Shown: positions 47,904 to 61,021 of the stretch, one piece after another | How the letters are laid out: each line of letters begins with the position of its first letter | How positions within the stretch are numbered: position 1 is the first letter of the stretch | Assembly: GCA_047967505.1 (NCBI GenBank) | Contig: CM106538.1 | Direction: 5' to 3' (one strand) | DNA from: Dipteris shenzhenensis | Taxonomy: Eukaryota | DNA length: 64,000 nt | Made by a program: the position numbers and the translations under genes | The notes under the pieces: model-generated | Seen by the model: only the letters and a program-made list of their open reading frames with translations | What the model was told of the DNA's origin: nothing | The model's database searches: none

Positions 47904-49544
47904 TGATAGGACAAAACCTGTATCAAGTTTTGGAGCAATGTATACAGCTGTGGGTAGGCACATAGTTATACACATCCAGGGTAGGTGTGGGCTTTTGGCA
48001 TTTGTGAATTTTTCCTTCACAAGCATGATGGACTAATGTATAGTTTTTTGAGACAATAAAGTATGTTTTGCAAGCCCTTCATGGGAAATGATGAAATGCA
48101 ATGTGGTTGTACCAGACCTCCAGAGCAAGGGTATCTAGTGTGTGGTCATGTGAAAATGTTTTTTAGGTCATGTAAAATCAAGTCATGAAGAGTTTTTTTT
48201 TTTTTTTTCCTGAGTCAATGTGGTCTTGCATGTTACAGGAATTTGATATGTTCTAGTGTCCATGTCAAGGGGCTTTTCATGTCGGTGTACGGGGGTGAAT
48301 GCAAGTCTTAATGTGCATGCTAATGTGTGTGGGAATTGTGTGACCAAAGGTCCAAAATGTGCATTCAATGTGCCTTGGGGGATATTTGCATTTTTTAAAT
48401 GGAAGAGTGGTAAATTCTACGTGATGACATGGCTGGAAAATCTAGAAGGGAATGTATGCATGCAAGGTGGCTACGTGATTAAGGATTGGGATGCTCTGGC
48501 TGACGAGTGGGCTGATATGTGGGATGGCGACTACCAGAGAGTTCTGAAAAATGTGGATGAGCGGAAGAGATGAGGTTGGGGGGAAAAAAGCGAAGGAGAG
48601 AGGAGAGGATCTGCTGGTCGATGAACGGATGGTTCACGGGCTCCAAATTGTTGTACAAGAGCACTGCGTCAGGGTGTAGAGGACTGTGATGATCTGAGAG
48701 AGCGATTGGGCTGTGTAGGGCTGTCAATGCGATGTGATGATCTGAAAAAAAAAAGCACAGGGCTGATGGGCTGTTAGCTGAGCGGAGAGCTGTAGTATGG
48801 AAGAGAAGAGACAGGCTGACGATTAGCTGAGCGGAGAGCTAACGGACTGATCGACATGAAGTACGAGTCGCTTATTTTTTTGGGCTGTGGGTTTGTTACC
48901 TTTAATCACGCACAAGTGTGCAGGCTGCGTGGGGGAGCTTAGCTGGAACAGAAGACAGATTGGGAGTTGTCGCTGCTGGAAGCACTCATGATGTGGCTGC
49001 TTACAATTCTGAGTATGAGGTACAGCTTGTGTGCACATGCAATAGTGACTGAATGGAAGTCATGATAGGGATCAAGGACTTTGATCGTTGAGGTTTCATG
49101 AATCTATAGGTGGAGGGGATGACTCGATGGATTAGCATTCTTGGGGGTTCTTTGTGCATGAGGATTCTGTACTAGAAGCATAAGTACGAGCTGTTTTACT
49201 TATACAAGCTGCTAGAAGGAGGTGTTGTAGATACATCATGTGTGGTTGATCTGTCCTACAAGGAACGACTGTGTGTATGAACAACTCTTGGTTGACACAG
49301 AGCTACAACAAGTCAAAGCCTTCTTTCCCCTCTTTCAAAGAGTTTGTGTGTTCCTGTGTGTGTTCTAGTCAGATTGTGTGGGAGATTGACTTGTTATTTG
49401 TGTACTCTGGATACCTGCTCTGGAACCTGGTTCATAAGCTCATCATCTACGAGCCCACATTGCAGTTGATCCCTATGAAGTGTCAGCTATTTGACGTGGT
49501 GAAGTACATAATTCCTGGTTGTCTTTCCTTTTTTTTCCTTATCA
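47904..49544 (+). repeat. 3' LTR of Tat-type Gypsy
   Basis: Direct repeat of 42907..44548, preceded by purine tract GGGGATGGGCAAAA. Confidence 0.95.
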
Positions 49545-51116
49545 ACGGAACGAAGGCACTAGTAAGTTCCACTCTTCTTTACCCACATAGAACCTATCAA
49601 GAAGATCAAGCAAGCCGTCATGCCTCCGCTGATTGAAGAAGAAGCGAAAGCTATTAAAGCATCTAGAGAACTCTACCTCTCTGCACAACAACCACTGATC
49701 AGGAAGATCAACTACTCCCACGTGCTCCTCTCTGCTACAGGCATCCGTAAGGAGGCTCCACCCTGGGTATGTTGAAGTCGCCTCCAAACAACCCAAGAGT
49801 CAATGTCTAGGAGGCTCTTAGTAAGCCGCCTCTAGAAAGCAAGGTGCTATTGTCTGCAAGCAAAGACGTTCAAGATCCCGATCCTAGAGTCACCCATCCG
49901 TAAACCAATCTTTATGGCCCGCCCTATGATAAGATCACCCCAATCAAACACATTGGGGGCCAAGGCCTTGGGAATAGGAATGCAAACGCCTCCACTCTTG
50001 CTTACTGCAAGGGATCAAACGTCCAGGCATGTCCCTGGGAGAAGACAGTGTCAGCGTATGATATCTGCTGGAGGTCCTAAATCAAGAGAAAATCGACTGC
50101 CCATTCTACCATAGCCCTTTGCAACCCCTGGCAAAGTGTCATCTGTTGGTGGCTGATGTCGCGCACGATCATAAAGCCTGTGCATGTTCCAACTCATAGG
50201 GAGCAAGGGGGTGGAGAATAAGGACCTCGTGGGTGGAAGCTTGAACAAGAACCTCTAATGTTTGCGACTTTGCCGAGGGGTTGGAAAGGGAATAGTCGAT
50301 GTCTATGCAATAGCGCATCAAAGGCATGACATGCTTGATGCCCACCTTCAAGGCCCACTGCAACATAAAGGAGACCTCTCTACCCCAAGCAGGCTAGCAC
50401 ACTACTATAAGCATCGGGTGTGTAGCTTGCTTGAGTTGATTCTCTTGCCCTACATGGGAGCACAGATACTACTAGGCCCAATTCATGTCTGTCTGCTGCC
50501 AAGAAACAAATTGAAAGATAGTCGTGTCCCCGTGGAAAATCCACTACTCCCTCCCCTAAGGTCCAAGCCACTCCTCCATCATGTAAAGCATCCGGTACCT
50601 CATCATGAGATCAAGAAGCATAAAATCCTACTTCTCCTCTCCTGTGGAGGCTAAGTTGAAACCCCAGAAAGAACGAGATCAACTACTCCAATGGATCAAG
50701 GCAGCAGGATCAAAACCGTCACCTCCAAGGCGACGGGATAATCATTCGGGGCGTCGAGGTAGTTCCACGGTCCAAGCCTCCAAAACTCGCTAAAAGGACT
50801 GTCCTGGACGAGGCCTCAAACTATAAATTGAGAAAAGGCACCATCTACCTCAAACCGCTCCATAGAAATTGTGTCCTACACCGGGAATGAGACTAAGAGG
50901 AAAAAGCAAAAGACTAAGAAGAAGAAGTCGCAGCCTTACCCTTTGCCAAAGGCTGAGGCACAGGAGAAGGTTGGGACTTCAAGAGGAGAGGGGGGAAGGA
51001 GGAAACTAGAGGGACCGCTACAGTAGGGGGGGAAGTGGAGAAGGGGTGAGTGGAGGACTGGTAAGAGTGACCCCAGCGGGAGGAGCGGCAAGAGGCGAGG
51101 AAGCGGGGGAAGGCGG
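49545..51116 (-). pseudogene. Degraded LINE ORF1-like sequence, probably continuous with 61611..62950 across the Copia insertion
   Basis: Both Copia flanks share the same G-rich (Pro-coding on minus) character; minus strand has MRYCIDIDYSL and a degenerate HFARGC knuckle near 50120. Weak. Confidence 0.4.
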
Positions 51117-51741
51117 TGTTAGAAGGTCACTGCCCCACCTGTGAGCCCCCGATTTGAGGGGACAAGGGGGCAGGAGACCATAGGGGGTAGGGGAGGTGAA
51201 AAGGCAGAAGACCTACCTGTCAGGGAACCCGCGCTGCAGCGTGAAGGTGGCGCGACATCCTAGGCTCTCCTGGACCTGCGCACGGGCAGAGTTGGCAGCT
51301 GCAACAGCAGCCCATAAGCAAGGCTTATGGACCCTTAAATAGGGCTGGCCTAAGCCGGCCTGACCAGCCAGCAAAGGCCAACCAATCAGGTCGGTTGGTG
51401 GGCTGGCAGGTCGGTGCCTTGGGCAGGGAGCCGACTCCCTTGTCGGCCAAAATGAGGGGGCCTAGCCCCTCCTATAAAAAGCCCCCCCTTCCCCTCTCAT
51501 TCCTCATCACCTGCACTTACAGCCTTGCACACAGGCAAGCGCACAGGGAGAGGGAGAGGAAAAGGCTCAGCATCATTGACAGCACACGGGCTGTTTGTAC
51601 ATGCTCACTCTTGAGCTTTTGTTGCCCACGATTGTGGAGGAAGATATCTGAGTGTTGTCCTATCTCTCTTTTAGTTTTCTAAGTGTTGTATGAGCTAGAG
51701 AGGAAGTGAGGTGTGAGTGATTCTATCCTCTATGTCCAACA
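51117..51741 (+). repeat. 5' LTR of outer Copia
   Basis: Direct repeat of 61022..61610 with small indels; TATA-like CCTATAAAA near 51471. Confidence 0.93.
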
Positions 51742-51850
51742 TGGTATCAAAGCTAGGTTCTAGAGTGGAGTACCTCTGCTAGAAGGTGACTCCAATCGAC
51801 ACTCAGGTTTGCTGTATATATTCAGTTTACTGTTCTTTATTACAGCAAGG

Positions 51851-54277
51851 ATGGAGGACAAAGATTCTACTGTTGCCTCTTCATCCCCTTCTCTTCCTTC
51901 CTCCTCCTCCAGATTCCTCTCATTTACAATCCCGAACTTCGGAGAGTCACGGAAGCTAGACGGGTCAAACTACCCGATCTGGAAAATGAAGGCCCGGAAG
52001 TTGTGGAAGCTAACGACGGGCGTGGAGGCAAAATTGGAAGACTTGTTGGACAAGGGGAAGATTCTCATTCCAATGGATGGTGAAGGGCTTGAGAATTGGG
52101 AAGAGAGAGATGCCCACTCCCTAGCATTAATCATTGGGACCACGGCGGACTTTGTTCTTCTGCACATCTAGGTAGCCGAGACGTCTGTAGAGGCATGGGC
52201 TATCCTGAAAGATTTGTATGAAACGGACAATACATCTCGGATTTTGATGCTCCAACACCAACTATATAACCTGGACATGAATGAGGGAGACAATGTTCAT
52301 GACCATCTGACAAAAGTCAAGATGGTGAGGGACCAGCTCGCGGCAGTTGGTCAGAAGGTAGAGTCAAGTCAACAGGCACTGTTGACCTTACACAAGCTAC
52401 CTAGAAGCTTTAATAGTTTCGTGACTACGGTCACTGCAGGGCAGAGGACCAAGCCTCTCACCTTCGAGGAGCTTGGGCCTTTACATTGCAGGAAGAGGCT
52501 CGAGAAAAGCTGTTTATGCAATCAGACAAGAAGGCTCTCGTGGCGAGGGACAAGCCCGGCAAGGGTAAGTTCAAAGACTCCAAGAACAAAAACAAGACCG
52601 AGGATGCAGAAAAAAAGAGGCAGATGAAGTGCTTCTACTGTGAGAAGCTTGGTCATTCCGCTAAAGAGTGCCGCAAGAAGGTGGACCTAAAGAAGAAGAA
52701 GTCCAAGACCAAGGAGGAGCCAAAGACCGAATCGGCAGACGTTACGACCGGCGCACTCTTCATCATCACTGAGTACTGCTTATGTAGTCAGTGAGTACTG
52801 CTTATGCAATCAGTGAGGGAGAGGAAGGTTGGTATGTGGACAGTGGAGCTTCAAAGCACATGTCCAACAAGAAGGAATGGTTCAAAACCATGGAAGGTAC
52901 GCATCCCAATTGCAAGGTCACTGTTGGGGATAACCAATCATGCCCTGTGAAGGGTGTCGGTAGGATTCCGTTCATTACGACTGCAAGAAACGAGGAGCTG
53001 ATTTCCGGTGTACTGTATGTACCGAATTTGTGCAAGAACCTATTGTCTGTCAGTCAAATGGACAAGCACAATATGTTGGTATTATTCGACAACGGCAAGG
53101 TCACTGTCACATCCAAGGCAAACGGACAGGTGGTGGCTCAAAGTGTTGAGAAGCATGGGCTATATCAGCTCAACCCTCTGTTGGTGCACGGGGACCATGG
53201 AAAATCCAGATTATGGCACAAGCGGTTCGGTCACGTCAACTATCGCACTCTCTCCGGGATGCAAAAGACAAAGATGGTGGATGGACTTGCACCGATTGCA
53301 GGCAATGATCGTGTCTGCAGGGCTTGCATGGAAGGCAAGCAACACAAGGACAAGTTCCCACAGGAGGCCTCATCACGGGCCAAGAAGTGGGATATAGCAA
53401 GGAGTCCAAGGCCTACTGCCTATTCGACCTAGACAAAAAGAAGATCCTTATCAGCAGGGATGTGATCTTTAAAGAGACCAAGCCACAACCTGCCGAGGAG
53501 GTTTCAGAACTTCTAGCGTTACCCCCACACAAAGTCACCATCCGCGAGGTGGAGCCAACTAAAGACCCCGAGGAGGAGGAGCATGCCATTCCAGAGCCAG
53601 CTCCCAAGTCAACTTCATCAAAAGTACCTCCATCTGAGAAGAAGCTACCTCAGTGGTATTTAAAGACGTTAGCAAACTCACGGGTCACAGACATACCCGA
53701 GAGCAGTTCCGGAGTGTGGCGGTCTCAAAGAAACATGAAGACTCCCTCCGTGAACTTCGCTTTGGTAGCTCAACTTGCGAAGCCCCGTTCCTTCCAGGAA
53801 GCGAAGGATATACCAGAATGGCAGGAAGCCATGAAGTTGAAAAATGACACCTGGGATTTAGTGCCCAAACCAACCAAGCAGAAAATCATCGGGACTAAAT
53901 GGGTGTACAAGCTTAAGTTCAAGTCAAATGGGAGCTTGGACAAGTACAAAGCAAGATTGGTGGTGAAAGGCTATGCACAGTCAGAAGGACTTGACTTCGA
54001 CGAGACCTTTGCCCCACAGCTAGGATGGTGACTATTCAGACAGTCATTGCCTTGGCTGCTCATCACAGTTGCCCTATTTTTCAGATGGACATCAAGTCTG
54101 CATTTTTGAATGGTAGCCTGGAGGAGGAGGTATATGTGGCACAGCCACCAAGATTTCAGATTCTAGGATCCCCATCAAAATTCTGCAAGCTGAAGAAGGC
54201 CTTATAGGGGCTGAAACAGGCCCCCAGAGCTTGGTACCAGCGGATAGATGTTTTCTTTCAGAAGATAGGGCTTCAAC
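51851..54277 (+). pseudogene. gag-pol: Outer Copia gag, protease, partial integrase and RT 5' part
   Basis: KLDGSNYPIWK, CFYCEKLGHSAKEC, WYVDSGASKHM, LWHKRFGH...CRAC, then directly GYSKESKAY; KWVYKLK...KYKARLV, QMDIKSAFLNG. Confidence 0.92.
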
Positions 54278-54539
54278 TGTAGGATCGAATGAAAGAGAGA
54301 GAGAGAGTGCAAGTAGCAAAGAGTCGCACGAGTCTTAGCCGTCAAAACTAGGATAATGAAAAATAGGAGTACAAGGTACTTATACCTAGACCTAAGACTA
54401 AGTGTCCTAGGTGTCACATAGGACTAAGTGTCCTATGTGGCCTAAAAGGCACTATCACTACAAGTGCCTACATTTATGCCTACAAGGCACATACCATGGC
54501 CTATAGGGCATCACTAGAACCACCAGAAGATGGCCTACA
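54278..54539 (-). repeat. 3' LTR of nested Copia
   Basis: Differs from 59840..60099 by a few substitutions and one GA unit. Confidence 0.96.
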
Positions 54540-54667
54540 AACCCCCCTCCATGGGATGGGCTGAAGTACTCTGGAAACGTCTCAGAATACGTGGTATTTT
54601 CTGGTCTTGCTGGCACATGTTCATCAAAAAGGATATAGCCACCTATGAATGTACATGGGGTGTCAGA

Positions 54668-57600
54668 TCATGTAACAAAGGGAACCAAGTGTAAAGCATG
54701 TCGGAAGACTTCGAACTTGGGACGAGGAAGTGCCTTTGTAAACATATCTGCTATGTTGTCCTCTGTGGGAAGATAGGACAACTCTATGTCTCCTGCTGAC
54801 AACCGCTCCCGAACATAATGATAGTGAACTTCAATATGCTTGGTACGCGCATGAAACACTGGGTTACGCGCAATGGCCAAAGCACTCTGGCTGTCAGTGT
54901 AGACAATAGTGGAGGATGTCTAGCAAATACCAAGATCTGTACGTAACTGTCGAAGCCAAACACACTCTACTGTAGCGGTGAAAGCTGCCCTGTACTCAGC
55001 CTCACAGCTAGACGTGGCAACTGTTTGTTGCTTCTTGCTGAGCCAAGAGATACATGAATTGCAAAGAAAAAAACAATTGCCAGTATGTGACACTCTGGTG
55101 TCGGAACATCCTGCCCAGTCACTATCCGTGTAAGCATGCATGGTAAGTGAACCATGATCACCATAGAAGAGGGCTAAATCCTGAGTGCCTCTGAGATATC
55201 TGAAGACTCTCTTCACTGCCTGCCAATGCTGTGAACCGGGCATGTGCATGGATCTAAGAGTGATATCACATGGTGGGCTCCCATCATGAGCTGAGAATTT
55301 GAAGCTTGCAATCCTCAAACTGAAAACGATCAAGGAGCTGTCCAATATACTTGGACTGAGACATCATGATACCCCCCTCAACATGAGCAAACTGAATGCC
55401 CAAATAATAATGGAGCCGTCCCATGTCTGACATATCGAAAATCTGCTGCAAATCAGCCTTGAAAGCTGCAAATTGCTGAGTATCTAGGCCCATGATGAGC
55501 ATATCATCCACATATAAAATCAACACAAAAAAATCAGATCCACTCCCACGGACATAAAGAGTGGGTTCTGTGGGACTATTCTGAAAACCAAGGGATAGTA
55601 AGTGTGCATGAATTTCGGCATACCATGCCCTAGGTGCCTGCTTCAAATTCTAAGCCGGCATACCTTATTTTCAGAATTAACAACCTCAAAGCCAGGAGGT
55701 TGTGTGACATAGACTTCTTCCTGCAGATCCCCATGAATAAAAGCAGTCTTGATGTCAAGTTGGTGCACTTGCCAATGATGATGGGCTGCAATGGCAATGA
55801 CACATCTAATGGTAGTAATCCTGGATGTGGGAGCAAATGTCTCCTCAAAGTCAATGCCTTGTTGTTGGGCATACCCTTTTGCAACAAGACGGGCTTTGTA
55901 TCGATCTATGCTGCCATCAGATTTCCTTTTTAATTTGTAGACCCACCGCGTTCCAATGGCATGCTTGCCGGAAGGGAGATATACTAATTCCCATGTGTCA
56001 TTTTTTGCAATAGATTGTAACTCAGCTCTCATTGCATCCATCCACTCTTTGCTGTCAAAAGCATCTTTATGGCACAGAGGCTCTTCATTGCAAGCTGTAG
56101 CAAGGAGTGCAAACTCAAGAAAGTGACCATGCTGTCTGTTCCCTGATCTTGTCCGGGCAGCAAAACGCTGATCTTGTTTGCTGTCCCTCAATGTATCAAG
56201 AAGCCACCTGGGAACTTGCCTTTGCTGTCTATTGACAGCTCTTTCTTCAATGACTGCATCATGAGTAGTGGGATCATTTTGTGCCGGAAGAGAAACCTGC
56301 AAATCAGCATGAGGTTGTGGCTGATTATTGCTTAGTGGAGGGCCTGCAGGAGGCTCATGTTGCTGGTCAAAATCCTCTTCTGATGATGGCAGAGGTAACC
56401 AAGATTCAAAGGCATCAAACATGTCAACATCTGGCTTTGCTTTGCAGTCCACAAGAGGAGAAGCTGAATGTTATCAAAGATCACATCTCTACTGACAATA
56501 ATCTTCCCAGTATTTGGTTGATATAACCGATACCCTCTCCTTTCCTAGCTGTAACCAATAAATATGCATTTGATTGCCTTGTCATCAAGCTTATGTCTCA
56601 GCTGAGATGGTACATGAACATATGCAAGAGACCCAAAAACTCTCATGTGTGAAAGTGAAGGCTTCCCGCCTTTCCATGCTTCATAAGGTGTAATAGTCTT
56701 CAATGCCTGTGTAGGTGATCTATTCAACACATAGTTGGCACACATTACTACATCAAGCCAAAATTTATTGGGCAAAGACTTGGCCTTAAGCATGCATCTG
56801 GCCATCTCCATTGTGGACCTGTTTTTCCTTTCAGAAACAGGATTCTGCTGAGGAGTGTAAGGAGTAGTGCATGAGTGAATAATGCCCCGTGAAGACAGAA
56901 ATGCATCAAACTCCTTTGACATATACTCTCCCCCCCTATCTGTGTTGAGGGTGACAAGCTTGCATCCTGATTCATTCTCAACCATACTCAGCCATCTCTG
57001 AAAGCATAAGAAAACTTCAGATTTGGCCTTTAAAGGATATACCCAGCAATATCTTGTGAAATCATCAATGAGAGTCATGAAATACTTATACCCCCCAATG
57101 GCATTTGTCCTCATTGGGCCACAGACATCACTGTATACTATTTGCAATTTCCTTTGTGAGAGTTTTGGACAATTCTTTTGAAAAGGAAATCGATGCATCT
57201 TACCCAAAAGACAACCCTCACACACATGTTTGAAAACTGTGTGAGTCTGAGGTACATCATTTGCCATCTGCTGTGAATGTAGCTTTGCAAGAGCTCTATA
57301 ATTGAGATGGCCCATTCTCTCATGCCAAAGATGACTTTCAGCAAGCTGTGAATCTGAAATAGCCAATGTTTCAATAGAAAGTGCAGCTGAATGATGATCA
57401 AGGTGATAAAGCCCTTTTTGCAAAGTGCCAGTGAGAACTATGGCATTGTCATCACGAAGATCATAAACTAGACATCTGTAGCCATCAAAAATCACTCTGA
57501 AACCTGAAGTAGCAATTGCTGAAATTGAAATCAAGTTGACTTCAATGCCAGGCACAAAAAGAACATTTGTCAGAGTGACAGGATGGCTTGAAATGCATGT

Positions 57601-58815
57601 GAGCTGCACATCTCCAACTCCTTTTATAGCATATGAAGCATTATTAGCACATGTAACAGTCCCCCCTCGAGATGCATCAGCTAAAGAATGAAACAACTGT
57701 ATACAAGATGTGACATGCTTGGAAGCACCACTATCAAAGTACCACGACTGAGCATCATTAGCAGTAAAGAATGCATCAGCTTTGGAGGGATCAAATGAGC
57801 AATGGACAGCTCATGCCCAATCATCCTGAAGAGCATGTGCATGTGAAGCATCTTCTGGCTCATGGGATTCAATAGCATGAGAGGCATTGACTGTCAATCC
57901 TACTTTCTTTTTCTCTGAAGCAATGCGCTTCCTCCATTCTGAAATGTCATGTCCAAGCTTGCGACAATAGTTGCATATTTTCGTCTTTGCCTTATCTGCT
58001 GTATTTTTAGATGCATGGGAGGAATTGCAGCTGCTATGCGCAGATTTTGGCTTGCCCATAGGCTTGGAAGCCTTGCCTCTTCCTGTCTGCTGCGAAGCAA
58101 ATGCATGATCAGGAATAATGGCTTGTCTATTAGCTCTACTTTGCTCTTCCTGCAAAAGCAAAGTAACTAGCTGATCAAAAGAATAGTGGTCTGGATTACC
58201 CATGGCCACTAATCGAAGGGTTGTAGCAAACCCTTGATATGTATCTGGCAGTCCATTCAATGTGGTACTAACAAGCTATGAATTTGGCACCACCTCATCA
58301 ATGTTGGCAAACTGTTCCATGAGGTCCTTGACCTTTGTCAAGTATGCATCCATTGACTCACCTTCATTCACACTGACTTCCTAAATTGCCTTCTCAAATA
58401 TGCAACACGAGCTTCATTGCGAATCTAATAGAGAGAAGCCAATTTATCCCAAGCATCCTTTGCTCTCCTGCAAGACCGGATGTGTGGAATAATGATTCTC
58501 TTGCATGATAAAGCAATGCATGAATGTGCATTTGCATCTCTTGCATCCCATCTTTACTGTTCTTGAGTTGGAAGAGCAGCAGCAGGAGTGCTAGAGGAAG
58601 AGGCATCAGGAGGAGTACCCCCTACAGAAGGACCAGCAGTGGAGGCAACCACTGTAGCATTGGCTGGCCTCAAATCAGGCCCCAGAAACAATATTCCACA
58701 AATGCTTTGCAACAAGAATATGTTTCATGAGATAAGACCACATCGGATAGTTGGTGCCATCCAACTTATCATCTTCACAAAGAACTCCAAATAAATCTTG
58801 ATTGTTCCCAACCAT
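54668..58815 (-). pseudogene. gag-pol: Nested Copia gag-pol polyprotein, frameshifted
   Basis: KLDGTNYPMW, CNYCRKLGHDISEW, WYFDSGASKH, LWHERMGH...CEGC, SDVCGP, TDRGGEY, RYKARLVAKGY, LYVDDMLI, YTDSDWAG, RTKHIEVHYH. Confidence 0.95.
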
Positions 58816-59320
58816 AGCAAATGTGATACCCTGAAAAAGACTTGAAAACCCAAAAGCCTCAAGGCTATCACTGCAAAAAGCTGGCTGTCCAAAAGTGACA
58901 GCAAATATCTGCAAATTTCAGACCCAAATCAAAGGGCAAATGCAGATCTGACCCAAATGCGACTGTGACAGGCAATGTTCACTGCAAAAAATAGCAAATC
59001 TGGCAAAATCCCCAAATTTATTGAGGGCAAATAGGCCAAAAAGAGGGCAAATGCAGAAAAGCCCCAAATTTTGCTGAAATTTTTGCAAATGTGACCCAAT
59101 GTATGCAAATCTGACTCAATGTCCTACAGAAGTGACTCAATGTCTGAAAATCTGGCTCAATGTCCTGCAAATGTGACTCAATGTACTGCAATCAAAAAAA
59201 AATTGCAGACCGAATCCCGAATCTCTAGTGTTCTTGCAAGAAGTTGCAACTAGAGGAGATGAAAGGTATTGAAAGCCCCAAATTTGCCAATGTCCTGCAA
59301 AAGACTTCACACGTGCCAAA

Positions 59321-59797
59321 CCTGTACGGAACTCTCGGGACAAGTACGAGCTGTACGAACAACTGTTTTGTACGGAACATGTACGGTGTAGTTGTACGGA
59401 TGTACGGAGCAATTCCAGTGTACGTTGTACGTACAATCGTACGGATCTGATACAATGTACGGATGCATGTACAGTGTACGAAATTTACGGATGCATAGTA
59501 CATTGTACGTTTGTACGACGGTGCATGTACGGAATGCAGTACGGCGAAGTACGAAACGCAGGTACGTAGATGTACTATGGTTCAAGTACGGAGCTGAGTG
59601 TACGTCTGTACGTCGATGCATGTACGGAATGCAGCACGACGAAGTACGGAACACAACGTACGGCTGTACAAAAAGTGCAGCGCAATGGAGCACAATACGG
59701 CGCAGTACGGACGTACGACGCATGTACGTAACATGTACTATGTATGGGATCCAACGTACGATGGCGCAGATACGTACGGAGGTACGACTCGTACAAA
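59321..59797 (-). repeat. Dense GTAC(G) motif array in the 5' leader of the nested Copia
   Basis: About 37 GTAC cores in about 475 bp by hand count, starting about 30 nt downstream of the PBS. Confidence 0.92.
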
Positions 59798-59839
59798 TCC
59801 GATGAGTAGGAGACGAGTCTACCTTAGCTCTGATACCAC

Positions 59840-60099
59840 TGTAGGATCGAATGAAAGAGAGAGAGAGTGCAGGTAGCAAAGAGTCGCACGAGTCTTAGCC
59901 GTCAAAACTAGGATAAGGAAAAATAGGAGTACAAGGTACTTGTACCTAGACCTAGAACTAAGTGTCCTAGGTGTCACATAGGACTAAGTGTCCTATGTGG
60001 CCTAAAAGGCACTAACACTACAAGTGCCTACATTTATGCCTACAAGGCACATACCATGGCCTATAGGGCATCACTAGAACCACCAGAAGATGGCCTACA
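59840..60099 (-). repeat. 5' LTR of nested Copia
   Basis: Adjacent to the tRNA-iMet PBS. Confidence 0.96.
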
Positions 60100-61008
60100 T
60101 CAACGGAGTCCATCAGAGGCAAATCTCTATCTCGACACACAGGGGGATTTGCGGCTAGTATTGCTTCTATATGTGGGTGACCTCATCATTACTGGGGATC
60201 ATACGAAGAAGATTGCTCAGGTCAAGAGACTTCTTATGGAGGAGTTCGAGATGATTGACTTAGGCATACTTCACTACTTTCTTGGGATTGAGGTGAAACA
60301 CGGAAAGAGCAATATCTTTATTTCACAAGAGAAGTATTGCAAGGAACTGCTCAAACGCTTTCAGATGGAAAATTGCAAAGCTGCAGTGACTCCCATGGAA
60401 ACAAGTCTGAAGCTCATCGCTATATCGACGCTTGGTGGGGAGTTTGCTTTACCTCACCAATACTCGACCAGACATTTCCTTCGCAGTTGGATTGCTCTAT
60501 CAGTTCTCTGCCACACCCAAGAAGGCTCATTGGGACGCAGGTATGAAGGTGCTAAGGTACTTGAAGGATACCGGCACCTACGGCATCACTCATACCAGAG
60601 GCATCAAGTTGGGAGGTTTCTATGATAGTGATTGGGCAGGTGACATTGATACCCGGAGATCGACCTCTGGATATTGTTTCTTACTCTCATCAGGAGCCGT
60701 GCCATGGCTGAGTAAGAAACAACCTACTGTCGTCCTTCATCTACAAAGACGGAGTACAGGGCTGCCTGTACAACGGCATGTGAAGCATTGTGGCTCAAGT
60801 GGATCTTGGAGGACATGGATGTGGCCCAAGAAGATGCGACTGCAGTTATGTGCAACAACCAGAGTTGCATAGCGATCACCACGAAGAAGTCATAGAGTTG
60901 ATATACTGCCCAACCAACGACAACATCTCAGATGTCTTGACGAAGGCGCTTCCCAGGGAGCAGTTGGAGCACCTCATTCGACGCATGGGGATCGGCCCAC
61001 AGTTGTGA
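60100..61008 (+). pseudogene. pol: Outer Copia RT 3' part and RNase H
   Basis: LLYVGDLIITG, YFLGIEV, VGSLLYLTNTRPDI, DSDWAGDIDTRRSTSGY, DVLTKALP. Confidence 0.92.
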
Positions 61009-61021
61009 CATTGAGAGGGGG

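Larger units (their letters stand above)
42907..49544 (+). mobile_element. Ty3/Gypsy Tat-type LTR retrotransposon with extra archaeal-type RNase H, internally deleted
   Basis: LTRs of about 1.64 kb at 42907..44548 and 47904..49544 (TGATAGG...CCTTATCA); PPT at 47890-47903; order gag(N-term)-RT(C-term)-RH-aRH-INT. A clean TSD is not evident (GACAG versus ACGGA). Confidence 0.93.
54278..60099 (-). mobile_element. Nested full-length Ty1/Copia LTR retrotransposon
   Basis: LTRs 54278..54539 and 59840..60099; perfect TSD TCAAC at 54273-54277 and 60100-60104; PBS reverse complement TGGTATCAGAGC at 59827-59838; PPT next to 54540; removing it rejoins the host RT frame (KIGLQ-RSPSEANLY). Confidence 0.97.

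Noticed and set aside
59321-59797. CRISPR-like repeat-spacer array
   Set aside because: The repeat is only 4-6 nt with irregular short spacing, there are no cas genes, and the context is a eukaryotic retrotransposon.
59137-59879. Overlapping ORFs of 70-190 aa rich in V, R, T, Y and C
   Set aside because: By-products of the stop-poor GTACG array; no domain motifs.
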